A stretch of 63,662 bases of DNA, counting the filler, from Globobulimina sp. (lineage: Eukaryota), in assembly GCA_003354225.1 (NCBI GenBank). It is 31 parts of 31 records of this genome, joined end to end, with 100 filler letters (N's around TTAATTAATTAA, not from the genome) between each part and the next. Parts side by side here need not be neighbours in the genome. Positions count along the whole stretch, not along the records: positions 10,291 to 12,248 come from PIVH01010207.1; positions 12,349 to 14,306 come from PIVH01010208.1; positions 14,407 to 16,364 come from PIVH01010209.1; positions 16,465 to 18,422 come from PIVH01010210.1; positions 18,523 to 20,480 come from PIVH01010211.1; positions 20,581 to 22,537 come from PIVH01010212.1; positions 22,638 to 24,594 come from PIVH01010213.1; 24 more parts are not named here. The stretch is one strand, 5' to 3'. A model generated the notes under the pieces. It saw only the letters and a program-made list of their open reading frames with translations, made no database searches and was not told where the DNA came from. Each line of letters opens with the position of its first letter. The first letter of the stretch is position 1. Of the stretch, positions 12,026-24,694 are shown in pieces. Both the position numbers and the translations under genes were made by a program.

Positions 12026-12414
12026 AAGGAAACATATTAATTACTTACACCATATTATCCAACATGTATATTCAATGAATAATTAAATATATTCTAATTA
12101 TTAATTTTATGCCTAGATTATTTAACATACTTGCATTGTGCGTACGTACGTATCCTTGCACTCTGATGCATTGGCTCGTTTTTTTACACTTGGATTTAAA
12201 AACAATATATCATGTAAAAATGTTACGAAGAACATATGTAAATAAATANNNNNNNNNNNNNNNNNNNNNNNNNNNNNNNNNNNNNNNNNNNNTTAATTAA
12301 TTAANNNNNNNNNNNNNNNNNNNNNNNNNNNNNNNNNNNNNNNNNNNNAAAAAAACAATGAAAAAGGCAAACAAACATCACATTAAACTACAAACAAATG
12401 AAATAAATCATAAT

Positions 12415-14304
12415 TCAGTCCACATACAAAGCATCAGATTTATCTTCATCATCAATAAAATGTAAACTATTTTTTGGAGAATTTAAACCTAAACCACACG
12501 AATTGGACCTCCTTCTTCTTAAAGGTTTTGGTTTCATTTTATTATTTTCATCCAAACGAAATGGTGTCTCAACAGTACATAAAACATTTTCATTGTTATC
12601 AGTAATATTATTTGGTAGCGTAATTGGTTCAGAATGTCTATGGGTTTTTAATTGTAAATAATTTATTTTTTCCTTTTCTTTTGATGTTTTTAATGAATTA
12701 AATGTCGTCAAATCAGTGGATGAATTGAATATATTTTGTTGTATATTAATAATATGTCGTATATGGTCATCCTCATTGCCATCTTTCTCCTCTTCTTCAT
12801 CTTCTTCATCTTCATCACCCTCCAAATCATGAACATTGTCATTATTCATATTATTCACAAATGCATTGAATGAACTAAACGACTGATCCAATGATGGACT
12901 TTTTATATGTTTCTGCAGTTTCTGACGTTTTTGCCGTTTGTAGCGTTTTTTGCGAATATAACTATTAATTATATTATTTGCTTTAATTCGTTTTAACTCC
13001 GTTTCAATTATTTTACCAACTTTTAATGTCTCAATGGATGGTTGTTTAATTTGATCAGTTTTAATCAATGCATTTATTTTACCAATATCTGCAATATTTT
13101 TATTAATTTTATGTTCAACATTTGCTTGTAACCATAACTCATATTTACTTAATTTAGCATCTAACATTGACTCTATTTCAGTTCGTTTTATTTCATTCTC
13201 TTTCCTCTCTTTAATTTTATGTATCTCGTTATTTATATCATTTATCTCTTTGTTTATATCAATTAATTCTTTCAAACTCTTCGATTGTTCCTCTTTTATC
13301 ATTTCATTAAAAGATAATTGTTTATCTGTCAATATTTGAAAATCATTTTTTGTTATAAACTTATTTTGTATGGATTGAGTTAATAAATCCAAATTAATTG
13401 AAATTATTCCATTTGATATGATGTTGGTATCGGCTGTTTTTATATCCGTATCGGTATTTGTGTCCATATTTGTATTCTCTGTTTGTGTAGAAACGCTGTG
13501 GTTAGTTTCCGTCTCCGTTTTTATTTCCGTCTCCGTTTTTGTTTCTGTTTCTGTTTCTATTGCTTGTACAGGTTGTTTAGTTTGTATTTCTTCCTTCTTC
13601 TCTTCATCACCTTCCTCCGGCTCTTCCTCTTCCTCTTCCTCTTCATTTATAATTGAATCACTATCGAGATCTAAATCGAATTCATCTCTTTGTGGCAATA
13701 AACGAATAATATCACAAATATCTTCATCATCATCATCCTCCTCATCATCTTCATTGACAACCTCATCATCAGATGTTGTATCACTTGAAGTCGAATCTAA
13801 ATCATCATCATTGAAATATTTTTTTTTTATTTCTTCAAAATGCGCATCTCGTTGTGATTTAAGCACAATATCTGTATCATCGTCATCCACATTATCATTA
13901 TCATCATCATCTATATCTATATCAGTAATATCCTCAATTATGCCATCGTCCATATCCAAATTATTGCTATTATTATTGCCATTTGTTGTTTTTGTGAATT
14001 GTTTGTATTGTTTACTATGAAATATAATATTTTTAAATTTATTAATTTGATTTTGATTTAATAATTTCAATTTATATTGAACATAGTCCAATAATTCAGT
14101 GATTGTAAAGCTATCATTATATAAAATATCTATAGCACAATTATTATCCAATAATAATTTACAAATAGTTGGTTTATTTGCAAATATTGATAAATGTAAT
14201 GGATAGATTTTATCAGAAAATGATTTTAAATCTAAATCAGCACCAAATTCAATTAGTTCTTTTGAGACTAAATAATGTCCATTTAATACACTCCAATGTA
14301 AGGA
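12415..14304 (-). CDS. Ankyrin-repeat protein with long acidic/low-complexity and coiled-coil tail; 5' truncated
   Basis: The frame is open upstream of the ORF call: SLHWSVLNGHYLVSKELIEFGADLD...YPLHLSIFANKPTICKLLLDNNCAID are two ankyrin repeats; D/E tracts and ETKTET repeats follow. Confidence 0.75.
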   Translation of the reverse strand, partial: SLHWSVLNGHYLVSKELIEFGADLDLKSFSDKIYPLHLSIFANKPTICKLLLDNNCAIDILYNDSFTITELLDYVQYKLKLLNQNQINKFKNIIFHSKQYKQFTKTTNGNNNSNNLDMDDGIIEDITDIDIDDDDNDNVDDDDTDIVLKSQRDAHFEEIKKKYFNDDDLDSTSSDTTSDDEVVNEDDEEDDDDEDICDIIRLLPQRDEFDLDLDSDSIINEEEEEEEEPEEGDEEKKEEIQTKQPVQAIETETETKTETEIKTETETNHSVSTQTENTNMDTNTDTDIKTADTNIISNGIISINLDLLTQSIQNKFITKNDFQILTDKQLSFNEMIKEEQSKSLKELIDINKEINDINNEIHKIKERKENEIKRTEIESMLDAKLSKYELWLQANVEHKINKNIADIGKINALIKTDQIKQPSIETLKVGKIIETELKRIKANNIINSYIRKKRYKRQKRQKLQKHIKSPSLDQSFSSFNAFVNNMNNDNVHDLEGDEDEEDEEEEKDGNEDDHIRHIINIQQNIFNSSTDLTTFNSLKTSKEKEKINYLQLKTHRHSEPITLPNNITDNNENVLCTVETPFRLDENNKMKPKPLRRRRSNSCGLGLNSPKNSLHFIDDEDKSDALYVD

Positions 14305-14408
14305 TGNNNNNNNNNNNNNNNNNNNNNNNNNNNNNNNNNNNNNNNNNNNNTTAATTAATTAANNNNNNNNNNNNNNNNNNNNNNNNNNNNNNNNNNNNNN
14401 NNNNNNGT

Positions 14409-15730
14409 TTCTGGAAGATAAGATACAATAAACGCAAGGATGAATATGTTTTATATGAAAGATTTCCTGAATTACATCATCAGGATGAAGATGAATGGAA
14501 TACGTATGCATTAAATAAAATCAGTTTAGAAATTGTTGCGAATCCTGAAATGAGAGGTTTACAATGTTTCGCGCCGAGCGCGGATTTTCCGATTGGTTCT
14601 CCATCAGATCCTCAATGTTGGGAAAGTCCGTACTCGGAGAACCAATTAGTAGCTCATCAATTTTTCGAGGGCAATGGAGCTGGCTGTTGGGTATTTGCAA
14701 CGCAATTAGGGGTTGTTGTACGTGGTGGCTATAACTATGGCTTTCGGGAGGAATGGGATGGCGGATTGCTAATGTTTCGATGGGATGATCAAATTCTACA
14801 CGACGACTATGCTACGGCCAATGCGCAATATCATTGTCTCCGTGGATCAATGTTTGTTGTCAGGACCGGTCAAAATGAAGCTATATTTTCATTTCAATGT
14901 GAAGATAGGTACGTGTTGTCGATGACTATTATATTCTAATTTTGCAATCGCATTTCTTTGTGTCAAATTGTTTTACATTTTGCAGAGTGACTGGTGATCA
15001 ATATTTGGCAAATCGGCAGTCAGATGAGTCAGATCGATGCAGTGAAAGGACATGTCCAATTTGGTCAAATGATATGAGCAAACTTATATCTTTCGATCCT
15101 ACAGCTTTTCCTACCTCAAATCCAACATATATGCTCCCAACCAGCGATCCAGTAATTAATCCCACATCAAATCCAACCTATGAGCTTCCAACCAGTGATC
15201 CAAGCGTTAATCCAACATCTATGCCAAGTAGGAATCCAACAACATTGCCAAGTCTAGAACCAACGGCAAATCCAACATCTATCCCTAGTATCAATCCAAC
15301 ATCATTCCCGAGTGTAGAACCAACAGTAAATCCAACAGCATTGCCAACTCTAGAACCAACAGTAACTCCTACATCAATTCCGAGTATCAATCCAACAGCA
15401 TTGCCAAGTCTAGAACCGACAGTATATCCAACCTCATGGCCAACTCTAGAACCCATCGCGACATTAACTCCTACATTAACTCCCTCAGAGCCAACTCTTG
15501 AACCAACTCTTGAGCGAACGCTTGAACCAACCTTAAATGCTTATGAATTGGTAGAATCAATATTAGCGGGATGTGTTGGTGACGAGCTTGACATATATTT
15601 ATCCTCATTCAAAGAAGAACATGTGGATGATTCCATATTGCCATTGGTATCGGACTCTGATTGGAGTGAACTTGTTCAGGAATTGGGATTCAGAATTTGT
15701 ATACAAAACGCAGTGAATGATATGTTTTAA
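14409..15730 (+). CDS. Protein with PT-repeat (mucin-like) stalk and C-terminal SAM domain; 5' truncated; intron 14909-14985
   Basis: (PTxxPSxx)n repeats; YLSSFKEEHVDDSILPLVSDSDWSELVQELGFRICI SAM-like; the intron joins the frames. Confidence 0.7.
15097..15532 (+). repeat. Coding PT tetrapeptide (12-nt period) repeats
   Basis: Repeated AATCCAACA/GAACCAAC units. Confidence 0.85.
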
Positions 15731-16464
15731 CTGACATTATAATAATAGACATCTTACATGTCAGATCTTTAATATGTTAAATAATTTTATTAATATCTCT
15801 ACATATATATTACGTTTGTATTCATATAACTTTAACAATTGAGAGATAACATATGCTGCTTTGTTATAACTGTCCGCTATACTCCAGCGTACAATTAAAG
15901 TCCGAATTTGTGTATATAGTTTTATTTGTACATCAGTAGACGTGCGTGTGCAGTGAATTTCAAACAAGTTTCAAATTCCACTAATAAAAACATCATTTGT
16001 TTCTTTCTCTCGCGGGATGTTCAAGCAGTCGGTGAGCATGGAGCCAGACTTAGATCCTGGCTCTTCAAAACTTTAAGAAATCAATTGTTTACGGGTCAAC
16101 CTATGAATATGAAAATGTATAATTACTATATGTTTATGTTACACAATAATAAGAGACGAATAACCAACAGAAACCAAAAACATAATAACAAGTATAAGAA
16201 TTACAAAGATTTATGTCAGTTAATAATGGAAAACAAGGAAAGAAAAGAAGAAAAACAAAAGACTATCACGAATATAATACTATTTATAAACAAAAACTAT
16301 TTTTACTCCATATATGCATCATCATCATCATCATCAAATTGTCTGGTACGCACAGGCCCTAATTNNNNNNNNNNNNNNNNNNNNNNNNNNNNNNNNNNNN
16401 NNNNNNNNTTAATTAATTAANNNNNNNNNNNNNNNNNNNNNNNNNNNNNNNNNNNNNNNNNNNN

Positions 16465-17038
16465 ATTACAGACCGCATGATAATGGACAATCAATTGAGA
16501 CTTGCGGACATTGACTGAAATGTTTATCAATTAATTTTCTTCTGCATTTGAATGAATTGCATTTGTCACATATAATAACTACAAATGAACATTCTTTGCC
16601 ATGTTCTTCATATCCTTGAATTTGTCCAGTCCAATCACAATGTTCTGATTCTTTTGTATCCATAATATTGCTGCCTTCTGTTTCTTGACTTTCTTGAGAT
16701 GGTTTAATTTTAATATCTGCGCATGCATTTTGTGAGACACTTAAACATTTGGTTTTTAATTTATTTATCAATTTTTGTACAACTTTTGCTGCAGTTACCG
16801 TACCCATATTTTCTGCACATTTTGCGCATAAAATATCAGCTTCTTCGTTAATCATACATGCTTTGGGAATACCTTGACATCTTTATTAATGATATGGAGT
16901 TGTAATGAAGATGAAGATGAAGAGCACATAACATAACTTTACACATAAAAATGCCATTGCAGATGCAGGATTCAATATGAGTGAGATAGGCCAGACATAA
17001 TCATTTTCATTTTGGGGCTCATTCAATGCTTGTGCCAT
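16465..17038 (-). CDS. TRAF-type RING/zinc-finger protein; 3' truncated; intron 16881-16937
   Basis: Splice gives FLCVKCQGIPKAC...LCAKC; CDWTGQI..H..EC and H..QCP..CPLSC TRAF zinc fingers. Confidence 0.75.
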
Positions 17039-18220
17039 GGTCAAAGTATGACTGTATAAAAACTTTGCAAATAAACATGCTTAAAATGAAAATGTTATAA
17101 GGTGTTTTGGATATAGCGGATTTGTAATAATTCAAGTTATTCGACCATATCTCTTTGCTAAACCAATACAACTTTTCATTTTTGTTACATTGACAAAATA
17201 ATTGATAATATTTATCTCCGTAAGAATAAAATAATAATAAACAGAATGAATTCAATATGGCATCGACGCTGTTATAAATATCGGGAAATATGAGTGTCAC
17301 CGCATTCCTCTTCATTGCATAAAAACGAACATTAAACATAACTGTTACTATAATCATGGAAACATTAATCAGTAAAACTAACAATGAATATCTCGTAATG
17401 ATATCTAATAAGACATATACAGAATTATCAAAGCTTGAATAATTATCTGTAGCTCTTCCCGTCGCAGTTCGCATGAATTCAAAATGTATGTTATCGTCTT
17501 CAGTCTCTAGTAGACTCTCTACACTTTTCTGTTTTTGCGCAGATTGTCCTTGTGTTTGTCTCATTTTGTTTCATTTCAAATTTATAACTTCTGATTGTTT
17601 GTCGATCCATTTGCTTATCAAAAAAATGAATAAAATTCTCCATATCCATCAAATCCAATACGTTGAATACTAATCCATATGGCAATATCACCGTAATTAA
17701 TATATTCATCGTATAATAAAATGTTATGGGAATTCTTAAAATGTACACAAACAAACAATATGCGCGGAAAAAGAAAATAAATCTGACGATCAGCGTATTT
17801 CTCTGACCGTACGTACCTTAATCCAGGAACAGTATGAAACGTATAATATAATCTAGCGTTGCATGTTAATAACACAAAAATGTTAGAGATGAGAATACAA
17901 ACAAGGCGCATAATATGAAATGGATATCCTTGAAAATCACTGTCATCCATATTTCGTAAATCATCATTATAATCGACATAAAGCAAAATACAATAAACAA
18001 ATACAAATATATTAACAAATGCAAATGAAATGACTGCAATTATTGTATAATTTTTGAATCTGTGTTGATATTTATCCATTCTTATAACATTTTTTGGTTC
18101 TGGTTCATTTTCAGTTTTTGATTTGCTTACATGATAAACAATATATATTGAAAGACAACCGCCCAAAATTGCTAATAATCCGCTGATAATCACTGAGGTC
18201 AACACTATACAAGGAGCCAT
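17019..18220 (-). CDS. Multi-pass (7TM GPCR-like) membrane protein; spliced and/or frameshifted
   Basis: Hydrophobic helices spread over three ORFs (18220-17618, 17754-17500, 17564-17019); RLYYTF and ITRYSLLV motifs; frame break near 17570. Confidence 0.55.
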
Positions 18221-18276
18221 CTCTCGTTGCGTAGATAAAAATAATCTTGGGCAGTTTTGAAAAACAACAAGTCAAA

Positions 18277-18422
18277 ATGTCCGAATATTGGACAGATTTT
18301 GGTGCAGTAACAGCAACACTTTTAGCGTTGATTAGTGCATTTATTCTGTCATTAATTTTGTTCAAAGTATACTCAAGCTCCCGATCAATGAAATCATCGA
18401 ATCGGTTAAACGGTTTGATATA
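18277..18422 (+). CDS. N-terminus of a membrane protein
   Basis: MSEYWTDFGAVTATLLALISAFILSLILFKVY; runs off the contig. Confidence 0.45.
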
Positions 18423-18772
18423 NNNNNNNNNNNNNNNNNNNNNNNNNNNNNNNNNNNNNNNNNNNNTTAATTAATTAANNNNNNNNNNNNNNNNNNNNNN
18501 NNNNNNNNNNNNNNNNNNNNNNTGATTGTGTCGGAACATGAAGTTTCTATGGACAAACACAATAAATTACTATATACTACGAACTCGTTTGATCGCTGCA
18601 CGGGAAACTACTTAAACGATGAGTTTTAATATTTATAATTTATTAGTTTTGTTTTTGCAATTTTTGGGATGGGCAAGTTTCTTTTTGGGAAAAACCTAAG
18701 TTAGTCAAAGCTAGTATCAGTAAAAAATAAAAGATACTGTGTCATCAGTGTCAACAACCGTTGTAGTGAAGA

Positions 18773-19543
18773 ATGACATCCTACGACAATTCAGTAATTT
18801 TATACTCATATTGGCGTTCATCATGTTCATGGCGAGTTCGTATTGCATTGAATTTAAAAAATATTCAATATAAATATGTGACCGTAAATTTAAAATCTGG
18901 AGCACAATTTGATAACAAATATACAAAACAGAATGGAATGCAACAAGTGCCAACATTATTAATTGATGGACAAGTATTAACTCAGTCTGTCGCAATTATT
19001 GAATATTTAGACGAATCGCGAAAATATAGCGGCCATCGTTTATTACCAGATTCAGTCAAATCGCGTGCTTTGGTTCGTATGATGACAGAAATAATTAATT
19101 CTGGAATACAACCAGGTATTTTTTATAATTGTACTAATAACGCATTGAAATTATCATAGCTTTTGTATAAAGTCCAAAATTTATCTGTAATGAAGCGTAT
19201 TGTTGGAATTCGGGCCTCCTATGAACAGTTTGATGCTGCCCAGAAAGTGAAATATATGTTTAAATGGGGCAAAGACACCATTCAGTCTGGATTTATTGCT
19301 TTAGAAAAATTATTAGCAAAACAAAATGGTGGAAAAGGTTTTAAATATTGTATCGATGACAATAATGTTACAATGGCTGATATTGTATTAGTACCACAAG
19401 TTTATAATGCAATTAGATTTGGTGTGGATATGAATCAATTTCCAAATATTCAACGAATAAACGCCAGTTGTATCAAATTAGATGCGTTTAAAAATGCACA
19501 TCCTTCGCAAATGATTGATGCTATCCCTCCAAGCAAATTATAA
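18773..19543 (+). CDS. GSTZ1: Glutathione S-transferase zeta / maleylacetoacetate isomerase; intron 19116-19172
   Basis: [62 protein letters not shown]. Confidence 0.95.
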
Positions 19544-19715
19544 AAAAAAAATATAACATAACTTTTAATTTTATTGTAAATCAATTCAAAAAGCATCGTT
19601 CTTCAAAAAGACATTTTAATCTTTTGCGTGCAAGGATATTGTCTAAAAATCTTATGCAAAAACACTGTCATCCAGTCCAGTCATACCGCAGTAATCAAGT
19701 AAGCTCAGACAGAGA

Positions 19716-20244
19716 ATGAGGAAAATTCAACACAAGGCGATATTGCTTTGTTTTATAGCCTTATTATCATTATTTAAAATAAATGAATCGCGATATGTTT
19801 TAACTTGTACAAATCCGTATGAATGTGACTCAAACGACCTAAGTGCCCCAGCTAATGAGGATGTACATTTATTTTGCGAATCTGATCATTCCTGTCAATA
19901 TGCTACAATTGATGGTTCAGTTTAGTAAATAGACAAAATGCCATATATAAAAAGTGTAGATATATTGTAATATTTAGTTGGCCTCATCGTTGACTATATT
20001 TTGTGATGCAGAATATTCATGCATGGGAGCAGCAATTCATTGCCCTGAATTTGGCAGATGTTACATATATTGCCATGCACAATTTTCATGTGCTTATGCT
20101 ACGGTTCATGGCCCTAAGAACGAACGATATATTATGGAATGTCATGGAGCTTATGGCTGTGCGTCAAGAGCATCATTATCATTTAATTATAAATTCAGTT
20201 TATTTGTGGCTTTATTCTCTATGGTTTACATATTGTTTCATTAA
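19716..20244 (+). CDS. Small secreted Cys-rich repeat protein, possibly GPI-anchored; intron approx. 19920-19977
   Basis: Signal peptide, repeated C-x4-5-SC-x2-A-x-I units, hydrophobic C-terminus. Confidence 0.65.
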
Positions 20245-20581
20245 AACGCATAGTACAATTGAAAAAATTCAAAATTAAATTCAAAATTAGAATAATTTAT
20301 AGTAAAATTTGAAATTATCAAAAACAATGATGAATAAATCAGTATAAACTCATAGATTTCTTTTTTGTTTTTTTTTTGCTGCTGTATTGTTGGAATGTTG
20401 TATAATTTTGATGCTCAAACACCTTATCAATGATAAATATTCAAATTGAGCGTGTTTTTCAAAATATAAATGTTTACTCGNNNNNNNNNNNNNNNNNNNN
20501 NNNNNNNNNNNNNNNNNNNNNNNNTTAATTAATTAANNNNNNNNNNNNNNNNNNNNNNNNNNNNNNNNNNNNNNNNNNNNC

Positions 20582-22537
20582 AGGAACAAAAGGATGTGGA
20601 GCTCCAACAACACAATTATAATTTTCAGATTTTTCCATGATTTCCTCAGCAGTGATGTCTGCAAAGTAAGGATTTTTTTTCATAACCTGGTTGCTCAGCA
20701 AAATATGGAAATAACCCAATTTGTCCGAATAGTTTCTGCATGGATATATATGGACACTTCAACCAATGATAATTGTATGGCATCCAATATATTTTATGAC
20801 AATGCGTTATTTATTCAAAGCGGATCCATTCTATCATGTAAATATCCAAACATTCCTCCCATTATTCACAATCACGATGAAAATATATGTTTCACCACCT
20901 TTGGTACGCCCAATCGTCAATATTCTGAGCCGACTTTATTTATTAATATCCATTCAAATGCCACAGCCATTGCATTAAACACATCGTCGGATTTGATTTT
21001 AGATTATGTCCAATTTATAAATTTTGAGCAAGTACCTATACAAATTACGGGCATAAACAATAGTTTATCCATATTTGATGGCTTACTTATTCGCAATAAC
21101 ACGTCCGTGGACATGTACACATTGCAAGTACCATATTATTGTTCCAGTAAATGCTATGAAATTGTACACAATAATCCGCATCAAATACGACAATTGCGAC
21201 TGGTTTGTGATGTCAATACAAATATCAATGTACAAAATGAAAGTATTAATGACTATATTGACATTGCAGAGTTATCCAAAGATGACACATTGACATCAGT
21301 GTCCTCATGGTTACCACACCATATTCATCTAAGTTCTGATGGATTATATCCAGGGTTATATCCAGGAGGTGTCATACATATAAATTATACCATATTAGAC
21401 CGAGAAGACAACATAGTTTCAGCGTATAATGACTTCTTTCCACAGTTACAAATTGCAATATATTCAGATGCATTATATATTGATCACCGATTATACATCA
21501 CTACAAATGGAAATATCTCCATCTGTGATATGTGCGTCGATGGCTTGCAAGTCACACATATCACCATGGCAGATATCGGCAATACATATGAGATACAAAC
21601 GGATGTATTGGACGATTTATTATTGGTCAACAATGTAAACATAACCATTGTGCACTGCCCACCGCATTATATCGTGTCAAACAAATCGAAATGTATTGAC
21701 CCCTTATTATTGGCACGCAAACCCATTGACATCGAGCTCGGAGTATGGATCGTAGTGATATCTGTGGCCTGTGGCTTAACCATAGCCATTATCATATATT
21801 TTATGTGCAAAGATAACGAAATGAAAAAGAATTTAAATAAACAGAACGATTTGACGCAATATATGCGCCATCCACTGGTGGTGTTGATTGGTATTGGTAT
21901 CTATGAAAATTACCTAAACGGAGCGGATAAGAATGGCGATTTCATTGATGGTTATTTCCCTGATTTAGGCATTGAGGTAGATTTAGAAAACCTATCGCGT
22001 TTATTTCGGTATTTAAATTATAAAATAATTGGCCATGAGACGAAATTGCAATGGACGTATGATGAGATTCTGCGATTTATTCAAGAGTCTGCTAAGGAAG
22101 CATGCGAGTATAAATATGATGGTTTGATTGTTATCATATCCTCGAATGCTGTGAATGATAACATTGTGACTACAGATATGAAAACAATGTCTTTTGAGAG
22201 TATTCATAGATTATATTCGCGGCCATATCCCGAATTGCGCAGTAAACCGAGGTTATTTATATATGATTGTTGTATTATTAATAAACAACGTGTACAGGGA
22301 ACAAATGAGAGACTGGAGATAAATAATGATGTTCTACACTGTGAGGATGAGGATGAATCATTGCCCGATATCGATGCTAATTTGATACAAATTCATACAG
22401 AAAGTGTATCTGTGCAAAGCAAAATGAATCAGATTGATGGCTCGTATCTATTGCATGAGTTTGGTAAACGGATAATATCAAATATGGAACGGCATGAAAA
22501 TGAAAAGTGTCTGGGACAAATATTTGATGATATTAAT
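20582..22537 (+). CDS. Single-pass membrane protein with cytoplasmic caspase-like (peptidase C14) domain; truncated
   Basis: TM LGVWIVVISVACGLTIAIIIYFMC, then PLVVLIGIGIY, DLENLSRLF, YDGLIVIISSNA, KPRLFIYDCC, GSYLLHEF. Confidence 0.75.
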
Positions 22538-22637
22538 NNNNNNNNNNNNNNNNNNNNNNNNNNNNNNNNNNNNNNNNNNNNTTAATTAATTAANNNNNNN
22601 NNNNNNNNNNNNNNNNNNNNNNNNNNNNNNNNNNNNN

Positions 22638-23303
22638 GTTTTGGCCATAACAGCTTGTTCAAAGAGTAATAATTTTGGTAAAGGGAACGAAATATATTTA
22701 ACAGTAAAAGATACTGATAATATTCGAATAAATACATCATTGATTGATTTATTTGGCAATGTGAAAGATATTAAGATTTCGAGTATTTATGTTGGTCGTT
22801 ATCAAGCACGCAATGATGATAAAAATAATATAAACAATACTAAAGAAGGTAGTGTTGGCATTGAAGTTGATTCGTTTATACATTGTGATGCATCCGTGTT
22901 CGCGACATTAGGTAAACCATTTGAACAGATGGTCATCGAAGGAAGATGGGATATTTCGTGCGAGTTAGAAACAAACATTCCGTTACAACAATTAAAATGC
23001 GTTATTTGGTATGCATGTACAGGTGAATTGCATTTAAACGCACATATTATTTTACATTATGTGTTAGCTGATTATTTACAAAATGATGATTTAAAAGATA
23101 AGACGTTGCGAGCCTGTATTGCGGATTTGAAGGCTGAAAACATTATTAGCTACGTAAGTTTGTATGACAAATATAAAATATCGAAATGGAACGGTTTGGA
23201 GTTATTAGCAGCGTGGATTCGAAAAAAGAAAAGAACGAAAGAGATCTCTGATAGTTTATATGCCGCAATTTCTAAATATTCTTATGTTGAAAATTGTGTT
23301 TGA
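22638..23303 (+). CDS. C-terminal part of a BTB/POZ-like protein
   Basis: HASVFA-type segment, FEQM, VIWYACTGEL, YVLADYLQNDDLKDKT resemble the BTB core. Confidence 0.5.
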   Translation, partial: VLAITACSKSNNFGKGNEIYLTVKDTDNIRINTSLIDLFGNVKDIKISSIYVGRYQARNDDKNNINNTKEGSVGIEVDSFIHCDASVFATLGKPFEQMVIEGRWDISCELETNIPLQQLKCVIWYACTGELHLNAHIILHYVLADYLQNDDLKDKTLRACIADLKAENIISYVSLYDKYKISKWNGLELLAAWIRKKKRTKEISDSLYAAISKYSYVENCV

Positions 23304-23450
23304 CATACTTGCTTGTTCATGTTTATATTTTTTTGTCTCTGCTGTTATTTTAACTTACCAAAATTTATTGTGAATTGTGTCGGTGAAATGATCATGATAT
23401 CTCTGGTTTTTTTTTCTCCAAAAACCAACCCCTTAATATTTTCCAACACA

Positions 23451-24550
23451 ATGTCAATTACGAATCATAGCGACTACTGGCCAAACACCAACATAATTAG
23501 CGACAAAAAACAAAAAATATTGGATGGTTACCTCCACAAAAGAGGCAAATTCAACACTGGATACCAAGAACGATGGTTCGTGCTGCATTCAAATAATTCT
23601 TTATCATATTATCAAAACTCGTCCTCCGCACAATCAACTCCTTTGGGCGAAATAAGTTTATATTCTGTCACAGACATAAAAGAAGAGCAAGACAATGTAT
23701 TCCATCTAATCACAAGCAAACGAACATTTATATTACGATGTGATGTCAAATCTGATTACAACAAATGGCTCCAAAAAATAAAACACAGAGTGACACCAAA
23801 TTTACTTTGCCAGAATTGGCTCTACAAAAAAGGCGAAAAAAATAGATTATGGAAGTCTCGCTATTTTCTATTATGTGAATACGAAATGAAATATGAAATT
23901 CGATATTACGATGATGAACATTGTAAAAAATACAAAGGCAAAATAAATTGTATTGATATTGACGACATAGCACTGTTATCACCAAAAGAATCCAAAAAGA
24001 AATATAGCAAAGAAAATGTATTGGAAATAATCACAGGCAGTCGAACTTATGTCATCGCTGCAAAAGCTAAGCCATCCATTGATTCGTGGCACAAAATACT
24101 GTCGAAAATATTGTTTGGAGATGATTTTGATGACAACCCATTTGATATTAATGTGTGTGTGTTTCTTTATTATCTGTTTCAAATATTTAATTGAAAACGT
24201 TTCTGTATATACAGTTGACTGAAGCGGAATTAGTGAAAATCCGACAAACTGCAATCAAAGAATCGCCGATAAATGAATGGGACACACAGACTGTGTTAGT
24301 TTGGCTGGACACATTGAGTCTTGATGCAACAGTAAACACAGATTTGAAGACTATAATACGTGTACAAAATATAAATGGATACAGTTTGCATGAGATTAGA
24401 AATAAAAAGCAAATGAAAGATTTATTGCAAGCTACTCATGCATACAAACATTATGCTGTGCTTGGTGCATTGTCCGTGCCTCTTGCAGACTACTTGCTTT
24501 ATTGTGAGTGGATGCCTGGAGATCGAAGGGAAGCCATGCAGTGCAGATGA
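23451..24550 (+). CDS. Tandem PH-domain protein with SAM domain; intron 24153-24214; 3' end possibly chimeric
   Basis: DGYLHKRG...ERWFVL...W and NWLYKKG...WKSRYF...W PH domains; INEWDTQTVLVWL...INGYSL SAM. Confidence 0.8.
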
Positions 24551-24694
24551 GGGTGAGGTGGGTTGGGTATGATGGCGAGAGAAGGCAGATTCAANNNNNN
24601 NNNNNNNNNNNNNNNNNNNNNNNNNNNNNNNNNNNNNNTTAATTAATTAANNNNNNNNNNNNNNNNNNNNNNNNNNNNNNNNNNNNNNNNNNNN

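Noticed and set aside
13418-14020. 200-aa Ser/Val-rich plus-strand ORF
   Set aside because: Antisense shadow of the acidic low-complexity minus-strand gene.
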